DNA of 18,064 nt from Ginkgo biloba. Taxonomy: Eukaryota > Plantae > Ginkgophyta. Each line of letters opens with the position of its first letter. Positions within the stretch are counted from its first letter, which is position 1. Shown one piece after another: positions 9,439-18,064 of the stretch. The stretch spans positions 374,273-392,336 of the forward strand of contig JANKJI020000001.1 of assembly GCA_024626585.2 (NCBI GenBank), written 5' to 3'. The notes under the pieces were generated by a model. It worked only from the letters and a program-made list of their open reading frames with translations, did not search any database and had not been told where the DNA came from. The position numbers and the translations under genes are program-made.

Positions 9439-9609
9439 AGGTTATTGGGCTGGAACGATGAATCCTTTGACGATTCTGAGCGACGTTTCTAGGTGCAGAT
9501 CGTTTTGCTTCTCTTCTCCAACTTCCCAACCCTGCTAGTTTCTCCCAAGACTAATACAATGCTTTACACCCATGCAAGTGCGCCTGCCCTTAAAATTTGA
9601 TTGTGATGG

Positions 9610-9619
9610 TATTTATATA
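9610..9619 (-). promoter_or_regulatory. Candidate TATA box of the PPR gene
   Basis: Minus-strand TATATAAATA about 235 nt upstream of the ATG, at the transition from GC-richer leader to very AT-rich DNA. Confidence 0.4.
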
Positions 9620-11289
9620 CATGGGTCAAGTTTCTAGGTTTTTACCATTCATGAAATGTCCCAAATTAATGCGCTCAAATATTAAATTGAATATAGTTCT
9701 CCTTTCGAAGGGATATTGGGATATGGAAAACATATGCCATACCTATTAACAAAATAAAAGGAAAAATTATAGAACCACAAATTAAATAAATTTAAACCTT
9801 AATAAAAGAAATTTCAAAACTCTAATTAGAGGAATAAATACAACATAGATAGATTAATATATATTTTATATGTATTTGTATTTATAATTTACAATGTCAT
9901 GGGCCAATATTTTTGGAAATGAATCTTCTTAAAGTACTTATAAATAAATTATTAAGGTGTATATGAAGATAGAGTTGAATCCCTTTGATAGTGTAATTTA
10001 TTTATATAGGATAGATATTTGGATTATGGAATTATATGTCTATTTTGATAATTAAGGATATTGTAGGGACTAATAATTATTACTTGATAAATCTAATATG
10101 ATGAACCATTCTCTTTTATGATGGGATTGTCTTTACATATGAAAATCCAATAAACATAATCCTCTAATTAATTCATAGGAATAAATAAACTCTTTTTAAT
10201 GGAATACATGGAGAACTTAATAAATATATGGTAATAAATTTGATATAGTATAATATAATCAATACATAATTATAGTAACTAGTTATAAGAACTTAATAGA
10301 AGGATAATTATTAAGGAGGATTATGATGAACTAGAACTTAAGATCATTGGTGTCTTTTCTTCTTCATACCATCAAGAATTGGAAATTATACATATTTTGA
10401 GATTCAATAAAACATATAAGTATAAATCAAAAGTAGAGAATAAAATTTCAAAATATAATCATCCTTATCACTCCTTTTATTCCATAAATACTTAAAATGT
10501 CCTTGAATTACCATTATATAAACCTTTACCACCAAAAGAGGATCATATACCTCCCTTGGATGAGGAAAAAAATTAATAAATTACTAGATATATCCAATTA
10601 TTATGAATATCATAAGTACTATTTATATGGATATGATAAATTATTTTCAAATCCTAATAATAGGAAATTAAAATATTATATTGNNNNNNNNNNNNNNNNN
10701 NNNNNNNNNTTTTAACCTATTAGGTCAAATAAAGGTTGATATATATTTATTACTAGTTATCACCTCTCATTCTAGTCCATGAATAGTTATGTATATAAAG
10801 GAGTAAGGTTAATTATCCACTAATTATTTAGTAATGGGTGTAATAAATATTATGTATTTATAACTTGTTTAATATTCACAATTTCTTACTAAACCCCACC
10901 CAAATTCATACGACTTGGGATGGATCATCAATGTTACTATTCTTATATGATGGAAATGGATTTGTACCATTATATTTATTATTTATTCCTTCATTAATGA
11001 GGNNNNNNNNNNNNNNNNNNNNNNNNNNNNNNNNNNNNNNNNNNNNNNNNNNNNNNNNNNNNNNNNNNNNNNNNNNNNNNNNNNNNNNNNNNNNNNNNNN
11101 NNATTGTGACTCTTCAAATATAGATTAAATAATAAACTAATATGCATTATTCCAACACTCAGGGAGGGTGATATGATTTCCATGGTTGACATTGGGCGCC
11201 TATGCTTTTGTCCCCTCTTGGGTTCTAAATATAATATATTACTCCCTGGTCCATTCAGGAAGTTGGTCCACTTAGGGGGGATATCTTCT

Positions 11290-12520
11290 CCTTCTTTGGT
11301 ATATGCATTGCACTTCCTTATTAGTGACATTACAGGCCCCTTAAAGGCCTATGAACTCTCCTGAATTATTACCTCTTCTTGACCATGCCAGGAACACATA
11401 GAGCCACTAGGAGCAATTATTTCTTTCTCTCTCCTTGATGCGTACACTTCAAACATACATTAGTCATAGAGTGAACCCCTCTTATTGCTTATGTACCCTC
11501 CTCGATATCTCTTCCTCCCATAATGTACAAGGAACATGAAATGTTATTAGGAGCAACCATCCTAGTCATTTCTCTCTCCTCGAAGTAAGTTCTTCAAATA
11601 TATCTCAATAGTTTTATGGGCCCCTCAAGGGATCTAAACATTCCTAGACATCTATTGAGTTTCCTTGATTACATTAGGACCTTGGAAGGCTACTAGGACT
11701 ACAGAGAGTCTTGGTCCCTCCTTGGCACATGTGATTTGATCTTTCATTAGTGGAACCACAGGCCCCTCAAGGGCTATGCACTTTCCTATATTATTTTCTC
11801 TTCCTAATCATGCTAGGAACACATAAACCTACCGGGATCACAGAGAGTCTTAGTCCCTCTCTATGCTTATGCACTCTCCTATATCCTCTTCTTCCTTTAA
11901 CACTCAAGGATGTGTAAGATAATTAGGATCATTATTCTCGAACATATACCCCTCCTTGGTCCTTTAATCCATCTTAGTAGAAAAAGGAATGTGTAATCTT
12001 ACCAACATCATCTCTCACATTACTCTAGATCATGTGATTCAAATGTGTTTAAGGTGTATGGTGGGTCACTTAAGGGATATGAACTCTCTTGGTTACTTTT
12101 ATTCTTCTTAATCACACTGGGATTAAAAGACTACCAAGAGCCATCCTTATTTACTCTTGGCGTATGTGTTTTATATTCTTAATAGTGGCATTATGGGCCT
12201 CTTGAGAACTATACAACATCTTTCATGATTTTTCCTCCCTTAATGCATAAGGAATGAATTTTTTATCGAGGACTAGGAATAACATACTCCTCCTTATTGC
12301 ACCATATTACATAATATTTTTTGGGTCTGTGAAGTTTATTTTTTCCTTTAATGCCTTTCCTTCCTGGGTCCTTTGAGTTTTCTTGATCACACTAGGATCA
12401 TAAGGCCTCCAGGATCCATAGGCCCCCTATTAATTTTTCATCATCATGGGTCCCTTTGAACCATCCTAATAACACAAGGACTACGTAAGAGCCACTAGGA
12501 GCTACTTATTTCTCTTAGGT
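11290..12520. repeat. Ancient degenerate tandem repeat, ~142-bp unit
   Basis: The anchor GGCCCCT(T/C)AA(G/A)GG-like motif recurs at 11335, ~11474, 11619 and 11761 (spacings 139, 145, 142), with looser copies at ~11853, 12064, 12196, ~12366 and ~12448. Recurrent sub-motifs include TATG(A/C)ACT(C/T)TCCT, CATGC(C/T)AGGAACACATA, GAGCCACTAGGAGC and ACAGAGAGTCTT(G/A)GTCCCTC. Confidence 0.75.
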
Positions 12521-13801
12521 CTTGGATGTAAAATTACTCTCTAATTAATCTTGTAATTATTGGAGAGAAGATCATAAGAAAATTCTAAGTAGGTTCTTAG
12601 AAATCTCATAAATATGGAGAAACTACTACAAAAGGTAGGGCTTGAATGACATAAGTCACACACTCTACGCTTTAANNNNNNNNNNNNNNNNNNNNNNNNN
12701 NNNNNNNNNNNNNNNNNNNNNNNNNNNNNNNNNNNNNNNNNNNNNNNNNNNNNNNNNNNNNNNNNNNNNNNNNNNTAGTGAGAAGAGTATCCTCGTCAGT
12801 AACTAAATGGATTTAGTACCTAACCATACAACTTCTTTCTTCCTAGTCAATAACTAACTAGATTCAGTTAATCAATTGTTTAACTTCATTCTGCTAATTG
12901 GCAACTGACTAGTCAGTTATCTAACCGATCAACTTATTTTGCTAGTCAGAAACCGACTGGATGAAAATAATTCAAAAGTGCATTCAACAACATATAAAAA
13001 AAATTGAATGAACAATAGAATAAAATAAGGAGGAACATAATATATAAAAGAACATGAAGAAAGAGGATATAATAGAGAAATAGAAAAGTGATTTTTATTA
13101 CTAGCCAGAGTAGAAAACAAGATTTTTCTTCTTTGAAAAATTATCTTCTCTTCTTCTTCTTTTAGTATTCATATTCTATAAAATTTCATTGGGTTTTATC
13201 CAAGAAATAAAATCGAATAGTGGATTTTATTTTTTTATTCCAAGAGGATTTTTCTCCACTTTAAATAAATCTATGCTCTATCTTTTTATATGTGTTGTGT
13301 TTTATTTAATGGTGCATTTCTTCTCTTTATTCGATTCATGGTTATATATGTTTAAAGGATAACATTGGCCCTTCAAATTTTATTTAATTTTTTTTTTTAT
13401 AAGTTCCATTAGATATTTTTGACTTCTCCACTAGAAAATAGATCACCTTGAATTATTTTTCTATCACATCATTCCATTTAAACCTTCATTTTTGGTGAAG
13501 TTTGTTAGTGGTGTTGATTTATCTGCATAGTTAATTATAAATTTCGTATAGAATCTTTCCATTCATACATGTCAATTCATTATACTTTAGTGGGTTCTAG
13601 CAATTCTTGGTCTTGGTTATTGATAGGTATATGATTAAGGTACGAGTCTTCAATGAAAATATATTGTCCCAATGAGATAAAATATTTACCTAAAGGATCA
13701 TGGGATTCATGGTTTAGTCGATCTTGTTATTATTGAGATATTTTTATTATATCATCACACAATATGACATTTGTTTGAGATCGGTAATTTCCTTTAGTTG
13801 A

Positions 13802-14179
13802 AGGATTTATCTCTCTTATGATTATGTGGGTTTATACTTCATGTAGAAATTAATTTTTCCCAAATGATATAGAATTTATAGAACACATATCGTACAATGA
13901 AGGCCAACCCTGAAAAATATTATATTTTAGATTTTGGTCCATTAATGCCACTTTCATATTAATAATTTTTCCTAAGGTAGTAAGAATCAATTTTTTTCCA
14001 AGAAAGGATTTCTTTTAGTTATCATATCCTTGGAATGCCCAAGTGGTTGGCTCAAGATGTTGAATTCCTACTTGTCTCATGATTGAAGCTGGCATAACAT
14101 TAACATTTGATATAGATTCAATAATGCATCTTTTAACCGTAAATTCACTAATCCCTACTTGGATATAAAAAGGAGAAAA
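13802..14179 (-). pseudogene. Ty3/gypsy (Tat/Ogre-like) aspartic protease fossil
   Basis: Single-frame manual translation: FSPFYIQVGISEFTVKRCIIESISNVNVMPASIMRQVGIQHLEPTTWAFQGYDN*KKSFLGKKLILTTLGKIINMKVALMDQNLKYNIFQGWPSLYDMCSINSISFGKN*FLHEV*THIIIREINP. This follows the retropepsin pattern VKRxxIDxGSxVNVMP...YNILLGRPW. The catalytic DxG is decayed to ESI and there are three stops. Confidence 0.8.
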
Positions 14180-17100
14180 AGTTCTTTTACCTCTCTTTCT
14201 TAGTGGGTAGGGTGGATAGGTAAAAAATGAATAATGGCTTATTTGAAAGAGGATTTTATTCTCCTAGAGGTGTTAAAGATTATGCTTTCCAATTTGAAAA
14301 TATATTAAGCACATCCATGAATGATATCCCACTATATATGTATTATATCTCATCAATGATGGGGTGTGACTTTCCTTTTGTTATTTATGAAAGGGTTCTT
14401 TAAATGATAATTCTTAATAGCCTCCCTAGCATTAGTTTCTTAATGGTGGATTTTAGACAATAAGGGGAGCTTCTTATGATTATGATTATGAGTTATTTGG
14501 TGAATAAGGAGGTTTAAAAATTTGTATTGCTGGGGAGGTATACATAATATCCTACTTTTTTTCTTATAAGAAAGTGGTGGCTAAATTTTTATGTTGCTTA
14601 ACCAATAAAAAATCAATCATGCTTAAGATTTTTATCTCTTTTTATTTTAAATCTGATGCATTTTCTTGGTAATTGGAGGATTTATTAAAGTATGAGAAAG
14701 TGTATGATTGAATCCAAGGGGGTAATATTCTCTTGACACTTATCTATACTCTCTCTACTACATAAAAATTTAGTTGTTTGTCCTTCTGTACGGTCTATAC
14801 AACTTACTATTTTTTTGAAAATCTCAATACTATATAAATGCATGAATATCAATAGTCTACCATGGGAAAATGCACTTTTGGAGTGCACACTTACACAATA
14901 CCATAGAAATGCGATGAACTTTCATAGTACACTCTATAATTTACCAAAAAAATAAAAATTTGATTTCAAAATGGTGTGCCTTCTTCACGAAGCCTTAGAA
15001 TGATTCGTTCTTTCCCTATAAATATGTCATATCAACTTCCAAACAATCCCATATATATTCTATGCATTTAATAAATTTAAAGACTAAGATCTATCAACAT
15101 CAATCCTAAAGATTCCATTGATAAATCAATGCATAAACATTCACAAGAAAATATTGGACNNNNNNNNNNNNNNNNNNNNNNNNNNNNNNNNNNNNNNNNN
15201 NNNNNNNNNNNNNNNNNNNNNNNNNNNNNNNNNNNNNNNNNNNNNNNNNNNNNNNNNNNAAAAAATCGTGAAAAAAAATAAATTCAAGACCAAGTCCATA
15301 ATCAACTTTATTTGTTTGCTTAAGGTACAATGTAAATTTTCATGCTTAATGGGCACCACCATAGATATGTGCACTAAATGGTTGATGTAAATGACACGCC
15401 ATGAGATAGTGTGCTAATATATAATGTGTTGTATTTTAGCATGCATATAAGCAACATGCTAGCATGTTCTAATAAATTTATTATTTTAAAAACATTAACA
15501 ATATAAATTATTTAAAAAAATAACATGAATGTTTTTAAGGTCATATTTAGACAATTTATAGGTTAAGAAAAGTTTCTTTTGTTGAAAGAATCATATATGG
15601 AATAATTTAGAGACCTATAATAATAAGAGAGGTATGCCATTTTATTAGAAAGATAGAATGTGTACACCATTAAGAAATGTTTGTATTTATTACATAGTAT
15701 GGATTATAAATTCCTATTTCAAGACTCCCAAGTTAAATTCTTATTATATTAATTTGTATGAAATCTCTAATTTTCTATTATAACGAGTTTATTATTGTGA
15801 AGTAGGTTACTCATGTGACACTATGATTTATGAGGATACCTTGAAGATGCTTTTCCCTTAATTGGTTTAATACTAATGTCCACTTGATATGTCCTCTTAA
15901 TACTCCAAGTTAGACAAATAATGTCAAGATGCATAAATACATAATAAACAAGATACCATTATGCATACCATATAAACATATTATGGGTTAACACATGAGA
16001 TAAAATGATATAAATGAAAATGCGAAGTATGGGAATAAAATGGAAATTAATAAAAAAATATAATAGAGTTTGAATGAAATATTGATTAGTAAATGGAACA
16101 AAGTGGTAAAAAACTACTATTACCAAGGGAAGGTAAATCAATGAAAAAATGTCCCTCCTCTTCTCTACCTCTCACAACCTCCCATATGAAAAGAAACTAT
16201 GNNNNNNNNNNNNNNNNNNNNNNNNNNNNATGATATCCACACAAAAATAAATGATGAAAAACTTCAAATGATAATGAGGTATATAAATATCTAATGGAAG
16301 ATAATTCTCAATGGAGAATTATCTTTTTGTAGTCTCCTAAGTGATCCAAATATGAAAGAAGAAGATATGCCAAATGGATATGTTATAATACTAAAGTGAT
16401 AATAAATGTAATATGTTATTCTATATACTAAAAAGGATGTGCACATATATAATGAAAATAGTCTTATGGCCCTAACCATAGTTGATTGTGTCTGATGCTA
16501 GGAGTGCATGTCTCATAATCTAAAGTATTCTTTTGTAGGGTCATGGACCTATATAGAATGATCTCATGAATGGAACATAACCAAATGATAATNNNNNNNN
16601 NNCGTGATAAATTTTATATTCATTGGTAGAATAACGGAGTGTAGTAAATGCATGCAAGGTCCCAAATGGAAGATTATTAAAATAATCAAATAAATAATAG
16701 AATTCAATAAAATAAAGATCTAGCTAAGAGTAAATATCCAAATATAACAAAAGTACTTATTAATGTCAAATAAACTTAATCACAATAAGTTAATAGAATC
16801 ACTTAAATAAATGCATGTGCTCATNNNNNNNNNNNNNNNNNNNNNNNNNNNNNNNNNNNNNNNNNNNNNNNNNNNNNNNNNNNNNNNNNNNNNNNNNNNN
16901 NNNNNNNNNNNNNNNNNNNNNNNNCCAAATTAAAAAAAATTCAACATTATTCCTTAAGATCCTGTTAAGTGTATATGCCTAACGGGTGCATAGTAAGTTC
17001 CTACTCTAAGATGTCACATTCAACTCATAAGATAGCATATTCACATCCATAAGTATTATACATGAATATGGAAAAATACATACAAGTCCTTTTATTCACA

Positions 17101-17250
17101 TGGGAGAGCACAAGTACATACATATGGTACATCATACATTAACATCATATAATCATCACTACTTACAATCATTCCTTACAATTTCTTGCTACCATTACTT
17201 TCTACTACTCTTGGCTTATGCTACAAATATATACAATTGGCAAATGGTTA

Positions 17251-17963
17251 TGTAACTGCTACGGAGGTTGCAACAGATAATTCTATGTCAATGAGGGTGT
17301 ATCCACTGACTGTCGATCCCCGTCGGTGATCCTTACTGTCGTCAGGGTCTATCTTCACTCTTCTCGTCGGTGAGTCCATGTCCATCAGTGTTGGTGAATC
17401 TCTATTGGTGAAGCCTTTGTTGGTGAGGCCCTTGTCAATGAAGACCCCATCAGTGAAGATCTCGTCGGTGAAGACCCCATCAGTGAAGACCTCGTCGGTG
17501 TCAAAGTTGGCCAACTTTCGTCGGATACCCATCTAACAAATGTATAGAATATCATAAAGGTTCTTTCCAAGTTGATTGGATGGATTTATAAGGAAAGCAT
17601 AATTTGACATTGGGATTTGTGCAAAGGCACATAGTGTATAGATTGAGAAATCATAGTCGTGACTGAGTGCGGACAAATTATAGGTAGCATAATGATAGTG
17701 CATCATATTTACATGGTACTATGGATCCATATGCCCCAAGAGAATGCAAAAACATTCTATAACATTGATATCTATAGTTTGCATGAGATCTAAGATATTT
17801 TATAGAGAGTAAGCCATATATATTGTACAATTTGGCTAGACATACTCATTCCAGAATACATAGAATATAGAGGTTGTAAGAAAGATGATTACTCCCTTGG
17901 TTTAAATCATTTTTTTTGCAAGTGAAGTTCATTCCTTTATACTCCTACCAAGTAGTTTCATCA
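17251..17963 (+). mobile_element. Putative LTR ending in ...TTTCATCA (left boundary uncertain)
   Basis: CA at 17962-17963 lies 2 nt before a near-perfect PBS. Composition shifts to GC/CpG-richer at ~17251 (TGTAAC). The true start could be further left. Confidence 0.4.
17391..17500. repeat. 15-bp minisatellite with 30-bp higher-order dimer
   Basis: Units start at 17391, 17405, 17420, 17435, 17450, 17465, 17480 and 17495 (partial), consensus ~TCGGTGAAGACCYCR. The last units alternate ...GACCCCA and ...GA(T/C)CTCG. Confidence 0.92.
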
Positions 17964-17965
17964 TT

Positions 17966-17978
17966 TGGTATTAGAGCC
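17966..17978 (+). mobile_element. Degenerate tRNA-iMet primer-binding site
   Basis: TGGTATTAGAGCC equals TGGTATCAGAGCC with one C>T change, preceded by CATCA-TT. Confidence 0.65.
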
Positions 17979-18064
17979 TAAGATTGACTCTGAATATTGA
18001 TTCATAGATTGATATCTTTATTTTACCTCTTATTTATTTTATATTATTGAATATGGATGTTTTG

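Noticed and set aside
9970-9995. LSKGFN on the minus strand, reminiscent of a Penelope-like element N-terminal motif
   Set aside because: A six-residue match with no supporting RT motifs that I could find; chance is likely.
17391-17500. CRISPR-like appearance of the repeat
   Set aside because: Head-to-tail units without unique spacers, a eukaryotic context and no cas genes.
17248-17570. ORFs with FTDEV/FTDGV or SPTRSSLMG repeats
   Set aside because: Explained by a stop-free 15-bp minisatellite that is open in more than one frame.

Overview
Eukaryotic, AT-rich draft-assembly DNA with many N gaps, most consistent with a large-genome land plant; the lineage cannot be fixed from the sequence. 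The one intact gene is an uninterrupted P-class pentatricopeptide repeat (PPR) ORF on the minus strand (7772-9376, 534 aa, about 10 PPR motifs). It is surrounded by decayed retroelement sequence: an LTR end plus tRNA-iMet PBS (~2417-2676), a probable RNase H remnant straddling a gap (~2943-3626), a Ty1/copia integrase fragment (4608-4838), a Ty3/gypsy Tat-like protease fossil (13802-14179, minus), and a second LTR end/PBS with a 15/30-bp minisatellite near the right end. There is also an old ~142-bp tandem repeat (~11290-12520). The most interesting points concern the PPR gene. Its N-terminus is not a typical transit peptide and carries two tandem SLLGxxP motifs matching the PTB-binding PRI consensus, and both termini have basic clusters. 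A consensus splice donor sits 59 nt upstream of the ATG with no good acceptor before it, and one PPR motif is 5 residues short. These are hypotheses; I cannot demonstrate a new multi-gene system here.
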